Source: a bacterium (GTDB lineage Bacteria > Spirochaetota > Spirochaetia > Treponematales > UBA12059). From it: a DNA stretch of 64,000 bases. Where the stretch lies: contig DATKVB010000025.1 in NCBI GenBank assembly GCA_035530295.1, positions 114,552-178,551 on the forward strand, in the 5' to 3' direction. Made by a program: the position numbers and the translations under genes. Below are positions 45,714-56,028 of this stretch, one piece after another. The notes under the pieces were generated by a model. It was not told the DNA's origin and did no database searches. It saw nothing but the letters and a program-made list of their open reading frames with translations. The first letter of the stretch is position 1, and the number at the start of each line of letters is the position of its first letter.

Positions 45714-47108
45714 CTATACGACTGGCGTCAGTTCTACCGTAAAATGGCGCATGATCGGGGCCTCACGGACGATACGGTAGCCGTGCCGGATCTTCGGGGC
45801 GCGGTCCTTGACGTTGGCCATCGCGGCCGCGATGTAGTCCATGTGGGCATTGGTATAGGTCCGGCGCGGAATTGCCAGCCGCAGCAACTCGAGGGCGGGA
45901 TAGCGTTCCTTGCCGGTATCCGGGTCACGGTCGGCCAGGAGGGTGCCAATCTCGACACTCCGTATGCCGGCCTCGCGGTACAACTCGATACCAAGGGTCT
46001 GGGCTATGAATTCTTCCTTGGGCACACCGGGCAGCACCCGCTTGGCATCGATGAATATTGCATGGCCACCGTAGGGCCGCTGGACCGCGATGCCATGGCC
46101 TGTCAGAAGCTTCCCGAGGTAGGCTACCTGTCCGACACGCGACTCCAGGTAATCAAGTTCACAAGCCTCGCGGAGTCCAACAGACAGTGCGCCCATGTCG
46201 CGCCCTGCCATGCCGCCGTAGGTATTGAAACCCTCGAACATGATGTTGAAGGTGCTGGCGGCCCGCCAGAGCTGCTCGTCGCGGAACGCCACGAACCCGC
46301 CAATGTTGACTATGCCGTCCTTCTTGCTGGACATGGTCATGCCGTCGGCGTAGCTGAACATCTCCTTGACTATGGCTGGTATTGTCGACTGGGCGAATTC
46401 CGCTTCGCGCGTCTTGATGAAGTACGCGTTCTCGGCGAATCGGGCGGAGTCGAAGAACAGCGGAATCCCGTAGCGCTTGCATAGCGCCGACACACCCCGG
46501 ATGTTGTCCATGCTGACTGGTTGTCCGCCTGAGCTGTTGCAGGTGATGGTCAGCATGCAGACGGGTATATCCTGCCGCGGATGTGCCTTGAAGACGGCCT
46601 CGAGCTTGTCCAGGTTCACGTTGCCCTTGAACGGGTGCTCTATCTCCGTATTGAAGGCCTCGTCGATGGTGCAATCGATGGCGTGGGCCTTGCGGAACTC
46701 GATGTGGCCCTTGGTCGTGTCAAAGTGGCTGTTGCCAGGTACGACCTTGCCTGCCCCGGCATCGCCGACGCCGATGATCGTCGTGAACAGCACGTTCTCC
46801 GCGGCCCGGCCCTGGTGGCATGGCAGGAAGAACGGAAATCCCAGCAGCTCTTCTATGACTGTTTTGAGCTTGTAGTAGGAGCTGGCGCCCGCGTAGCTCT
46901 CGTCGCCCAGCATGATCTCCGCCCACTGCGCGCTTGACATGGCGCCGGTTCCCGAATCGGTCAGAAGGTCTATGTACACCTGCTCGCTCCGCAGATTGAA
47001 CATGTTGTACGTGGCCTGGCGGATCCAGTCGTCGCGCTCCGCAGGTGTCGATCGGTGTATCTGTTCTATAGTCTTGATGCGGTAAGGTTCCGCCCACGGT
47101 AGATTCAT
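45714..47108 (-). CDS. tnaA: Tryptophanase (PLP beta-eliminating lyase)
   Basis: IDLLTDSGT, GDESYAG, HQGR, MSSKKD; HFDTT and RHFT favour tryptophanase over tyrosine phenol-lyase (FTTT, RFFT). Confidence 0.85.
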   Translation of the reverse strand: MNLPWAEPYRIKTIEQIHRSTPAERDDWIRQATYNMFNLRSEQVYIDLLTDSGTGAMSSAQWAEIMLGDESYAGASSYYKLKTVIEELLGFPFFLPCHQGRAAENVLFTTIIGVGDAGAGKVVPGNSHFDTTKGHIEFRKAHAIDCTIDEAFNTEIEHPFKGNVNLDKLEAVFKAHPRQDIPVCMLTITCNSSGGQPVSMDNIRGVSALCKRYGIPLFFDSARFAENAYFIKTREAEFAQSTIPAIVKEMFSYADGMTMSSKKDGIVNIGGFVAFRDEQLWRAASTFNIMFEGFNTYGGMAGRDMGALSVGLREACELDYLESRVGQVAYLGKLLTGHGIAVQRPYGGHAIFIDAKRVLPGVPKEEFIAQTLGIELYREAGIRSVEIGTLLADRDPDTGKERYPALELLRLAIPRRTYTNAHMDYIAAAMANVKDRAPKIRHGYRIVREAPIMRHFTVELTPVV

Positions 47109-47314
47109 GGCTGCTCCTTGCCGTAGCGTCCGGCTACGACCGCCGCATTCTAACGCCATTGTCATGGCCGAGTCAAAGGAATTCTTGGATAATTCCATAC
47201 CATGTAATTACTTATAGAAACACTGGCCTGATTGAGCTATGCTTGGGCCGGTGCGCTATACTCTGCAGTATCGATATGGAGGTGCGCCTCCATAACATGT
47301 ATGGAGGTGATCAC

Positions 47315-49375
47315 ATGCGCATGGAACGGCGTCTAGTTGCTATGACGATGGTGTTATGTCTGGCCGCGCTTGCCGCCGACCGGGCCGAGGCACAGCCGAC
47401 CCAGGATCTGCCAGTGGCCAGGGTGGCGCTCTTTTCATCTGGTGTCGGGTATTTCGAACACCGCGGCACCATCAGTGGAGACGCGACACTGGCGCTGCCA
47501 TTCAGGACGGCCGAGGTCGACGACGCGCTGAAGTCCCTGGTCATCTACGACCTGGGTGGGGGCAAGCCAGGCTCGCCATCGGTCAGCTACCCGTCGCTGG
47601 AGACGCTCGATCGATCGCTGCAGAGTTTTAAAGTCGATATTTCAGGATTCCCCGGGGTCGCCGAGCTGCTGACGCGGTTGCGCGGTGCCGAGCTGGCCAT
47701 CGACACGCCGGAGCGGATTACCGGCCGCATCGTGACCGTGGAGCAACGGCCGACCGGCCAAAACGGCGTCCAGAGGCCATGGCTGGTGCTCGCGACGCCG
47801 CAGGGTATCAAGGCCGTGCCTGTCGATGGCATCACGGCCTTTACCTTCGCCGACCGCGCGCTTGCCGACGATTTCGACAAGGCGCTCTCAATGGTGCTGG
47901 GGGCGCGCGACGCCGACCGCCGTACGCTTTCGGTGCATTTGCCAGGCACCGGTGCCAGACAGACAGCCGTCGGGTACGTCATCGCGACGCCGGTCTGGAA
48001 GGTCTCCTACCGGCTCGATCTGCGCGGCGACAAGCCATGGCTGCAAGGCTGGGCAATCGTCGACAATCCGAGCGACCAGGACTGGAACGATGTGAGCCTT
48101 TCACTGGTCAGCGGCAGGCCAGTGTCATTCATCCAGAACCTGTACGCGCCGTTGTGGTTGTCCAGGCCGGTCATGCCGCTGTCGATAGCGGGAACCGCCG
48201 TGGCCAGGACCTTCGACTCAGGCTTCGACGCCGAGGCGGATGTCTATGCCGAGGCCGCCGCTCCGTCGATGGAGCGCGCTATGGCCTCGCCGGCGCCGAT
48301 GGCCAGAAAGATGGCGGAATCCGCCTATGGCGCGTCCGCTCCGTCTCTGAGTCAGTCAAGTGTGGAGACGGCGGCTGCGCGACCGGCCGGCGACCAGTTC
48401 GAGTTCACGGTGCAGAAGCCGGTGACCCTGCCGCGTCGACAGAGCGCTATGATACCGCTTGTGGCAGGCGCGCTTGCCGCCGAAAAGGTATCGATCTTTA
48501 CGCCCGGCCCTGGCAGCACGCCCAGCTCGGGCGGAGCGCCCAGCTCGGGCGGAGCGCATCCGATGCTCGGAGCCCGCATCACGAACTCCACCGGCATGAA
48601 GCTGCCTGCAGGGCCCATCACAGTCTTCGATGGCGGCACCTACGCAGGAGACGCGCTGCTCGAGTTCCTGCCGGAGCTTGACAAGCGCCTTGTGGTGTAT
48701 GGCGAGGATCTGTCGGTAACCGGCGATATCGCCGCGACCAGCTCGACCGAGGCCGTTGGCGTCCAGATAGTCAAAGGTGTGATGACGGTCTCGCGCCGGG
48801 TTACCTACAGCAGGACCTACGCGTTCAGGAACGCCTCAGCCACGGGCAGGAAGCTGATTGTGGAGCATCCAGTGACGTCCGGCGCCGATCTGGTCGCCCC
48901 TGCCAAGCCGGAAGAGCAGACGGCGTCCGTGTACCGCTTCTCTCTGTCTGTGCCCGCGGGAGGGCAGGCAAAGCTCGAGGTCAAGGAGCGGTCTCCGAGC
49001 CAGGAGCGTGTTGTGCTGTCGTCGCTGTCCAGTGACTCGTTCCTGTACTGGTCGTCCTCTTCCGAGATACCGGCGGCGGCCCGCGAGGCGCTACGGAAGG
49101 CAATAGACCTCAAGAAGAAGATGGAAGACGCCAAGCGGCTTTTGTCAGACCTGCAGAGCCGCAAGACCGAGCTTGGCAGCGATCAATCCAGGATACGCCA
49201 GAACCTTGACGCCGTTGGTCGCGATTCCACGCAGGGCCAGCAATACCTCAAGCGGCTGATGGACGCGGAGACGGAGCTGGACAGGCTGGCGAACAGGATC
49301 GATGACGCGAAGAAGGGATTGCAGGATGCCCAATCGACGTACGAGACGTATCTGGGCAATCTGAGCCTCCAGTAG
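47315..49375 (+). CDS. DUF4139-domain exported protein
   Basis: Signal peptide, VALFSSGVGYF, DDALKSL, WKVSYRL, LQGWAIVDN...DW..V.LSLVSGRP, C-terminal coiled coil; 18-bp duplication at 48521-48556 (PSSGGA x2). Confidence 0.8.
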   Translation: MRMERRLVAMTMVLCLAALAADRAEAQPTQDLPVARVALFSSGVGYFEHRGTISGDATLALPFRTAEVDDALKSLVIYDLGGGKPGSPSVSYPSLETLDRSLQSFKVDISGFPGVAELLTRLRGAELAIDTPERITGRIVTVEQRPTGQNGVQRPWLVLATPQGIKAVPVDGITAFTFADRALADDFDKALSMVLGARDADRRTLSVHLPGTGARQTAVGYVIATPVWKVSYRLDLRGDKPWLQGWAIVDNPSDQDWNDVSLSLVSGRPVSFIQNLYAPLWLSRPVMPLSIAGTAVARTFDSGFDAEADVYAEAAAPSMERAMASPAPMARKMAESAYGASAPSLSQSSVETAAARPAGDQFEFTVQKPVTLPRRQSAMIPLVAGALAAEKVSIFTPGPGSTPSSGGAPSSGGAHPMLGARITNSTGMKLPAGPITVFDGGTYAGDALLEFLPELDKRLVVYGEDLSVTGDIAATSSTEAVGVQIVKGVMTVSRRVTYSRTYAFRNASATGRKLIVEHPVTSGADLVAPAKPEEQTASVYRFSLSVPAGGQAKLEVKERSPSQERVVLSSLSSDSFLYWSSSSEIPAAAREALRKAIDLKKKMEDAKRLLSDLQSRKTELGSDQSRIRQNLDAVGRDSTQGQQYLKRLMDAETELDRLANRIDDAKKGLQDAQSTYETYLGNLSLQ

Positions 49376-49434
49376 AATGACCGGGCTGCGGGTGGAACCT
49401 GGCCGCGCTGACCATTCCACCCGGCACCAGCCCC

Positions 49435-49463
49435 TTGATTCAGACAGGTTGTATCACTATACT
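49435..49463 (+). promoter_or_regulatory. Sigma70-type promoter for fusA
   Basis: TTGATT-N17-TATACT about 200 nt upstream of the ATG. Confidence 0.55.
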
Positions 49464-49670
49464 GCAACGCGAGTACGTTTTTTTCAATCAACCGCGCTTT
49501 CCGCGCAAAACCGATGCTGAAGCGAACCGGCCGCGAAAAACGCGGAGTTCAAAGTGGCTTCGGGCCTGCGGAAGTGGGCATACGATCCAACTTACAGAAC
49601 GACGTAACTCGAGGACGGCGCGTTTGAAGCGCCCGGACCATACCCTGTAGCAAAAGGTAGAGGCAAGAGC

Positions 49671-51761
49671 ATGGCTTTCGACATCACGACGATGCGCAAC
49701 ATTGGTATCAGCGCCCACATCGACTCGGGCAAGACAACATTGTCCGAGCGTATCCTGTTCTATTGCAACAAGATCCACGCGATCCACGAGGTCCGCGGCA
49801 AGGATGGTGTCGGTGCGACGATGGACTCAATGGATCTGGAGCGCGAACGCGGCATCACAATCCAGTCCGCGGCGACAAACGTCCAGTGGAAAGACACCAC
49901 TATCAACCTGATCGACACACCCGGTCACGTGGACTTCACCATAGAGGTGGAGCGATCGTTGCGCGTGCTCGACGGTGCCGTGCTCGTGCTTTGCTCTGTC
50001 GCCGGCGTGCAGTCACAGACCCTGACGGTGGATCGCCAGCTCAAGCGCTACCATGTGCCCCGCCTGGCCTTTGTCAACAAGGCCGACCGCACCGGAGCCA
50101 ATCCATTCCGCGTCAAGAACCAGATTGTCGAAAAACTCGGTCTCAATGCCGCGTTCATAACCATGCCGATTGGCTTGGAGGACAAGCTTGAGGGTCTCAT
50201 CGATCTCGTCCTGATGAAGGCCGTCTACTTCGATGGTGACGGCGGCATCGATATCCGTTACGCCGAAATTCCGGCCCACCTCCAGGAGGACGCCGCCAAA
50301 TATCGCGAGGAGCTGCTGGATAGCGCGTCGATGTTCTCCGATGAACTTGCGGAAGCCTATCTCGAGGGCCGCGAGACGCCGGAAATGATAAAGGCCGCCA
50401 TCCGTGCGGGCACGATCGCTCAGCAATTCGTGCCGGTCTTTGTTGGATCGGCATACAAGAACAAGGGCGTGCAGCTGCTGCTCGATGGCGTTGTCGACTA
50501 TCTGCCCGATCCGACCGAGGTCAAGAACATCGCTCTTGATCTTGACGAGAACGAAAAGGAAGTCGTCGTCGTCGTACAGGAGAACCTGCCGACCGTGGCG
50601 CTCGCGTTCAAGCTCGAGGATGGCCAGTACGGTCAGCTTACCTATGTCCGCCTGTACCAGGGTTCGATCAAAAAGGGTGATGAGCTCTTCAATACGCGTT
50701 CCCGCAGGAAGTTCAAGGTCGGACGACTCGTGCGCATGCACGCGGCATCGATGGAAGACATCAACGAAGGCGTTCCCGGTGACATCGTGGCGCTTTTCGG
50801 CATCGATTGTGCCTCGGGCGATACCTTCTGTTCTCCCTCGATCAATTACGCGATGACGTCGATGTTCGTGCCCGATCCGGTCATTTCGCTCGCCATCACG
50901 CCGGCGGACAAGAAGAGCGCCGACCAGATGTCCAAGGCGCTGAACCGTTTTACCAAGGAAGACCCGACGTTCCAGACCTTTGTCGATCCGGAAAGCCAGG
51001 AAACCATAATAAAGGGCATGGGTGAGTTGCACCTTGACGTGTACATCGAGCGCATGCGCCGCGAGTACAAGTGCGAAGTGACAACGGGCATGCCGCAGGT
51101 CGCGTACCGCGAGGCGATCAGCCAGCGGGCCGAGTTCAATTATACCCACAAGAAGCAGACCGGTGGTTCCGGACAGTACGGCCGCATCGGTGGATACATC
51201 GAGCCGATCGATGGCGCCATTTACGAATTCGTTGACAGCGTCAAGGGCGGCGCGGTGCCCAACGAGTACATCCCGTCATGCGACAAGGGGTTCAAGGAAG
51301 CCGCCAAGAAGGGTTCGCTCATCGGGTTCCCCGTCGTCAACATTCGCTGCGTCATCAATGATGGTGCCAGCCACCCGGTCGACTCGTCGGATATAGCGTT
51401 CCAGCTGGCGGCGATAGGCGCCTTCCGCGAAGCCTATGAAAAGGCCAGGCCGGTGATTCTGGAGCCTATCATGAAGGTTTCGGCCGAGGGCCCATCGGAA
51501 TTTCTGGGCAACATATTCGCCTCTATCAACCAGAGGCGCGGCCTGATCACCGCGAGCACCGAGGAAGCATCGTTCTGCCGGGTCGAGGCCGAGGTGCCGC
51601 TCTCCGAAATGTTCGGATACTCCACCGACCTCAGGTCGATGACCCAGGGCAAGGCCGAGTTCTCCATGGAATTCCTCAAGTATGGCAAGGTGCCGACAAA
51701 CGTTTCCGAGAAACTGCGCAAGGATTATGAAGAGATGCGCAGGAAGGAACAGGGTCGATAG
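49671..51761 (+). CDS. fusA: Elongation factor G
   Basis: [60 protein letters not shown]. Confidence 0.97.
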   Translation: MAFDITTMRNIGISAHIDSGKTTLSERILFYCNKIHAIHEVRGKDGVGATMDSMDLERERGITIQSAATNVQWKDTTINLIDTPGHVDFTIEVERSLRVLDGAVLVLCSVAGVQSQTLTVDRQLKRYHVPRLAFVNKADRTGANPFRVKNQIVEKLGLNAAFITMPIGLEDKLEGLIDLVLMKAVYFDGDGGIDIRYAEIPAHLQEDAAKYREELLDSASMFSDELAEAYLEGRETPEMIKAAIRAGTIAQQFVPVFVGSAYKNKGVQLLLDGVVDYLPDPTEVKNIALDLDENEKEVVVVVQENLPTVALAFKLEDGQYGQLTYVRLYQGSIKKGDELFNTRSRRKFKVGRLVRMHAASMEDINEGVPGDIVALFGIDCASGDTFCSPSINYAMTSMFVPDPVISLAITPADKKSADQMSKALNRFTKEDPTFQTFVDPESQETIIKGMGELHLDVYIERMRREYKCEVTTGMPQVAYREAISQRAEFNYTHKKQTGGSGQYGRIGGYIEPIDGAIYEFVDSVKGGAVPNEYIPSCDKGFKEAAKKGSLIGFPVVNIRCVINDGASHPVDSSDIAFQLAAIGAFREAYEKARPVILEPIMKVSAEGPSEFLGNIFASINQRRGLITASTEEASFCRVEAEVPLSEMFGYSTDLRSMTQGKAEFSMEFLKYGKVPTNVSEKLRKDYEEMRRKEQGR

Positions 51762-51772
51762 ACCCTTGCGCA

Positions 51773-51813
51773 GCAAACGGGCTCTGGATGGTATTCCAGC
51801 CCGTTTGCGTTTT
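51773..51813 (+). terminator. Probable intrinsic terminator after fusA
   Basis: GCAAACGGGCT...AGCCCGTTTGC followed by GTTTT. Confidence 0.55.
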
Positions 51814-51927
51814 ACGCGGAACGGCCGTATACTGATGATCGTGATACCGTTGGTGCGGTCCACCGCGGCCGCGATCGTCAATAGTCGTTTTTTAAACTCA
51901 AATCAACCCATACCGTAAGGAGTTCCC

Positions 51928-52632
51928 ATGCTTAAAGAGGAGCTGATCAAGAAGAGCCCCGTTCGCGTCCTCGAACGAGGCATCGAGGGCGGACTCAAGG
52001 CTGGCAACATAGGCGTCATAGCGAGCCGCAAGGGCATCGGCAAGACGAGTGTGCTCGTTCAGCTGGCCCTGGACAAGCTGATGCAAGGCAAGAAAGTCAT
52101 CCATGTGTCTTTTACGACCCACACCAGTTATGTCATTTCCTGGTACGAGAACATTTTCTCCGAAGTAGCCAAACGCAAGAATCTTGACGACTACTCATCG
52201 ATTCATGACGACCTGATGAAGAATCGCGTCATCATGAACTTCAACCAGGAAGGCGTCAGCACCGATCAGATTCTCAAGTCCTTGCGCGCCATGATAAACG
52301 ACGGCGATTTCCATGCCGACGCCATCATAGCCGATGGTTTTGATTTTGCCCGCGCGGAGCCCGAACACTTCAAGAAAGTGCGCGCCTTTGCGGCGGAGAT
52401 GAAACTGGAGATATGGTATTCGTGCACGATGGCCGGCGAGGAGCCCTTGCTTGACAAGCGCAACGTGCCCGTCATTCTGCGCAACTTCCTCGATGACATT
52501 TCGGTACTGATCGTGCTCGAACCCAAGGCTGAATATATACACTTTGTGGTGGTCAAGGATCATGCGCGCATGAATCCCGAGGATCTGAGCATAAAACTCG
52601 ATGCCAAGACCCTGTTGATAGCCGAGGCGTAA
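51928..52632 (+). CDS. Hypothetical protein with RecA/KaiC-like P-loop fold
   Basis: GGLKAGNIGVIASRKGIGKT Walker A, KVIHVSF, AIIADG Walker-B-like. Confidence 0.7.
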   Translation: MLKEELIKKSPVRVLERGIEGGLKAGNIGVIASRKGIGKTSVLVQLALDKLMQGKKVIHVSFTTHTSYVISWYENIFSEVAKRKNLDDYSSIHDDLMKNRVIMNFNQEGVSTDQILKSLRAMINDGDFHADAIIADGFDFARAEPEHFKKVRAFAAEMKLEIWYSCTMAGEEPLLDKRNVPVILRNFLDDISVLIVLEPKAEYIHFVVVKDHARMNPEDLSIKLDAKTLLIAEA

Positions 52633-52783
52633 CCGGGCTGCCCGGCTGCGTTCCGGACCAGTCTTCATGGAGGCATGCGGGCCTGGACAGTATCCTTGCC
52701 TGTGTGCCTTTGTTGTTTATGGCTCACGTGGCTGGAGTGCAGAAGCCAGAAGAAAGCTTCTAGTAAGCGACTAAGGATGGACG

Positions 52784-54088
52784 ATGCGAATCGACGATTG
52801 CATACTGGCTCGCGGTTCCGCCGCTGAATCAATAAGCGACGATGAACTTGCAAGAGCCTTCACGACCGCGTTGCAGGCTCTAGGGCCGCGTCGTCGCGTG
52901 CTCGCGCTGCCGCCCGATGGCACCCGAAGCCACGCGCGCGCAGGAGTCCTGCTGCGCGCGGCATACGAATACTATGGAGATGCCCTGGCCGCCGTGATGC
53001 CCGCGCTTGGAACGCACCGGCCTATGGGCGAGGCCGCCGTTGCCTCGATGTTCCCTGGCGTGCCCTTCAGCCTGTTCAGGCCGCACGACTGGCGCCACGA
53101 TGTCGTGGAACTTGGGCGGGTGCCCGAGCATTTTGTCCGCGAGGTATCCGGGGGGCTGTGTTCGTTTGACTGGCCGGCCCAGATCAACAGGCTGGTCGTG
53201 CAGGGCGGATTTGATCTTGTGCTCTCCATTGGCCAGGTTGTACCGCATGAAGTCGTCGGCATGGCCAACTACTCCAAGAACCTGTTTGTCGGTGTTGGCG
53301 GCAAGGATGGAATCGATAGATCCCACTGGATCGGCGCCGCCTATGGCATCGAGCGGACACTTGGACGAGTCGACACACCCGTGCGCGCGGTACTCGACTA
53401 TGCCCAGGAACACTTCGCCTCGTCCATACCGGTCGTCTACGCGCTTACCGTCGTCGGGCCGAAGGACGCGGCCTCGGCAAACGGCCAGAACGCCGCGGAC
53501 GATGTCGCGAGGGGGCTCTTCGTCGGCGCCGGCCGCGAAGCCTTCGAGAAGGCGGCGGCTTTGTCCGCCCAGGTCAATATCAACTACCTGGACAAGCCCG
53601 CCGGCAAGGTTGTCGTCTATCTGGATCCGGACGACTTCAAGTCGACCTGGCTCGGCAACAAGGCGATATACAGAACCCGGCTGGCCATGGCCGACGGCGG
53701 CTCGCTGATCGTCCTTGCTCCTGGCGTGGACAGCTTCGGTGAAGACAAGGCCATAGACGAGACCATCAGGGATTATGGCTATTGCGGAGCGGCCCGCGCG
53801 AGGGAGCTTGTTGAATCGGGTGAGCTGGCCGGTGATCTGGCCGGAGCCGCCCATCTGGCCCACGGCTCAACAGAGGGTCGATTCTCCGTGACCTATGCCG
53901 CGGGCGGCCTTTCCAGGGCCGAGGTCGAAGGCGTTGGCTACCGCTGGGACGATTGCGCGGCACTGACCCGGCGATACGATCCGGAACGGCTCGCTGATGG
54001 ATGGAACCACATCGATGGCGAGGACCTGTTTTTCATACGAAACCCCGCGCTTGGACTCTGGGCAACCAGGGAGCGCTTTGGTTCATAG
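52784..54088 (+). CDS. LarA (lactate racemase)-domain protein
   Basis: LPPDGTR, ALGTHRPM, HDW, IGQVVPHEVVGMANYSK, WLGNKAIYRTR. Confidence 0.8.
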   Translation: MRIDDCILARGSAAESISDDELARAFTTALQALGPRRRVLALPPDGTRSHARAGVLLRAAYEYYGDALAAVMPALGTHRPMGEAAVASMFPGVPFSLFRPHDWRHDVVELGRVPEHFVREVSGGLCSFDWPAQINRLVVQGGFDLVLSIGQVVPHEVVGMANYSKNLFVGVGGKDGIDRSHWIGAAYGIERTLGRVDTPVRAVLDYAQEHFASSIPVVYALTVVGPKDAASANGQNAADDVARGLFVGAGREAFEKAAALSAQVNINYLDKPAGKVVVYLDPDDFKSTWLGNKAIYRTRLAMADGGSLIVLAPGVDSFGEDKAIDETIRDYGYCGAARARELVESGELAGDLAGAAHLAHGSTEGRFSVTYAAGGLSRAEVEGVGYRWDDCAALTRRYDPERLADGWNHIDGEDLFFIRNPALGLWATRERFGS

Positions 54089-54130
54089 CCGTCCGGTCGA
54101 CGCGCCGATCGGGTAATCCGGAGGAACTGC

Positions 54131-55144
54131 ATGGAAGATGGCCAGGTTTCCATTCTGTGCCAACAGGCATCGGAGATTGTATCCAGGACGAGGTCGGCGA
54201 TGGCCAGACGCCTGATAGGCAAATCAGACATGGTCGATGCCATCCTGACGGCGGTGATGTCCGATGGCCATCTGCTGCTCGAAGGCGTGCCTGGCCTGGC
54301 CAAGACCTTGGCCGTCAGGGCCTTCGCGTCGGCGGCTGGACTCACATACAAGCGCATCCAGTTTACCCCTGATCTGCTGCCTGGAGACATTACCGGCACG
54401 CTGTTCTACGATGCCTCGACCGGGCGATTTGTGCCCAGGGAAGGCCCCATCTTTGCCAATATAGTGCTGGCTGACGAGATAAATCGCGCACCAGCAAAAG
54501 TGCAGTCGGCCCTGCTCGAGGCGATGGAAGAGCGACAGGTGACGATGGGCGACAGAAGCCTGCCGCTGCCTTCGCCATTCTTCGTGCTGGCCACCCAGAA
54601 CCCGATAGAGCACGAGGGTACTTTCAGGCTGCCGGAAGCCCAGCTTGACCGGTTCATGCTCAAGGTGATAGTCGGGTATCCCGATGCCGCGGAAGAGCTC
54701 GATGTGACGCTCCGCTACGCCGATCCAGCAGCGGGCCGCCCCGCCAGTATACCGGAGGCTCCCGCGATGTCTGCCGGCGACCTCGCGGTGCTGAGGTCGG
54801 CCGTTGCCTCTGTCCGTTTCGAGCGCGACGCCGCGGCCTACGCGGTAGCCATAGTCAGGGCGACCAGAGCCGTCGGTGATTCCCGCGATCTGCCACAGGC
54901 ATTGCGCGAGTTGGCCCGCTATATAGAGTTTGGCGCGAGCCCGCGCGGCTCCATAGCCCTGTATCGGGCTTCCCGCGCCGCGGCTCTGCTGGCTGGACGC
55001 GACTATGTGCTGCCCGACGATGTGAAGCGCTCGGCTCCGGCCGTCCTTCGTCACCGCATCATCCCGTCGTATGAGGCTGATGCAGATCGCGTTACATCCG
55101 ATGCCATAGTCAAGGGCATTCTCTCGGCTGTTCCGGTGCCATGA
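54131..55144 (+). CDS. moxR: MoxR-family AAA+ ATPase
   Basis: HLLLEGVPGLAKT, RIQFTPDLLP, LADEINRAPAKVQSALLEAM, ATQNPIE, LPEAQLDRF. Confidence 0.95.
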   Translation: MEDGQVSILCQQASEIVSRTRSAMARRLIGKSDMVDAILTAVMSDGHLLLEGVPGLAKTLAVRAFASAAGLTYKRIQFTPDLLPGDITGTLFYDASTGRFVPREGPIFANIVLADEINRAPAKVQSALLEAMEERQVTMGDRSLPLPSPFFVLATQNPIEHEGTFRLPEAQLDRFMLKVIVGYPDAAEELDVTLRYADPAAGRPASIPEAPAMSAGDLAVLRSAVASVRFERDAAAYAVAIVRATRAVGDSRDLPQALRELARYIEFGASPRGSIALYRASRAAALLAGRDYVLPDDVKRSAPAVLRHRIIPSYEADADRVTSDAIVKGILSAVPVP

Positions 55145-56028
55145 TGGACGACGCGTCGCAGAGGGAGCGGATCAGCAGGCTCGTGTTTGCGGCGCCCGCC
55201 CTGTCCGAGGCCCTGATGTCAGGCAACTTCCGGTCCGCCTTCAAGGGCCGTGGCATGGATTTCGATTCCATACGTGAGTACGAAGTCACCGATGACGCAC
55301 TCAGGATAGACTGGAATGCGACAGCCCGGTTCGGCAGGCCATTCGTAAAGACATACATGGATGACAGGGACCTGTCGCTGTACCTGATAGTCGACGAATC
55401 GGCATCGATGAATTGTGGAACAGGCAGGACCAAGCACGAGACGGCCTCGCTGGCTGCATCGCTGCTCGCGTATGCGTGCTCGCTGAACGGTGTGCGCGTC
55501 GGCGCCTGTTTCTTCGGTGGAACGGTTGAGCTGGATTCCAGAGCCCCGCAGGGCGGACAGCGTGCGGCGCTCGCGCTGATGGAGCGCTGCGCGTCCGGCC
55601 CGGGCGCGGACGGCCGCCATGCCGGTTCTGATCTGGCCGGCGCCCTTGCCGCGGCCGCTTCTGTCCTCAAGCGCCGCAGCCTGGTGCTGGTCATCGGGGA
55701 CTTTCTGACAACAGGATATGCTTTGCCTCTCGCGCTCCTGGCGCGCAGGAACGATGTCATAGCCATCCGCGTGCATGACCCGATCGACGCGGCCCCGCCC
55801 GAAACCACGCTGTCCATACGGGCCGGGGATTCTGAAAGCGGTGTGCCCCGTCTCGTGGTGCCACGTTCAAGGGCCTATCGGGATGAACGATCGCGCTTCG
55901 CCAAGGCGGCCAGGCTGGAATGGCTTGTCGCGCTTTCTGCCTCGCGTGTACCATACCTCGAGATGGATGCGTCGACCGATCCTGTCGATGCGCTGGTCAC
56001 ATTCTTTGGCCGTCGGAGAAGTGCATGA
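55141..56028 (+). CDS. DUF58-domain protein
   Basis: GRGMDFDSIREY...DD..RIDWNATAR, VDESASM; follows moxR. Confidence 0.9.
   Translation: MMDDASQRERISRLVFAAPALSEALMSGNFRSAFKGRGMDFDSIREYEVTDDALRIDWNATARFGRPFVKTYMDDRDLSLYLIVDESASMNCGTGRTKHETASLAASLLAYACSLNGVRVGACFFGGTVELDSRAPQGGQRAALALMERCASGPGADGRHAGSDLAGALAAAASVLKRRSLVLVIGDFLTTGYALPLALLARRNDVIAIRVHDPIDAAPPETTLSIRAGDSESGVPRLVVPRSRAYRDERSRFAKAARLEWLVALSASRVPYLEMDASTDPVDALVTFFGRRRSA

Noticed and set aside
45714..47108. Tyrosine phenol-lyase
   Set aside because: FDTT and RHFT match tryptophanase rather than the FTTT and RFFT of tyrosine phenol-lyase.
48521..48556. 18-bp duplication as a functional repeat
   Set aside because: A two-copy in-frame slippage in a probable loop of the DUF4139 protein, with no further evidence of function.
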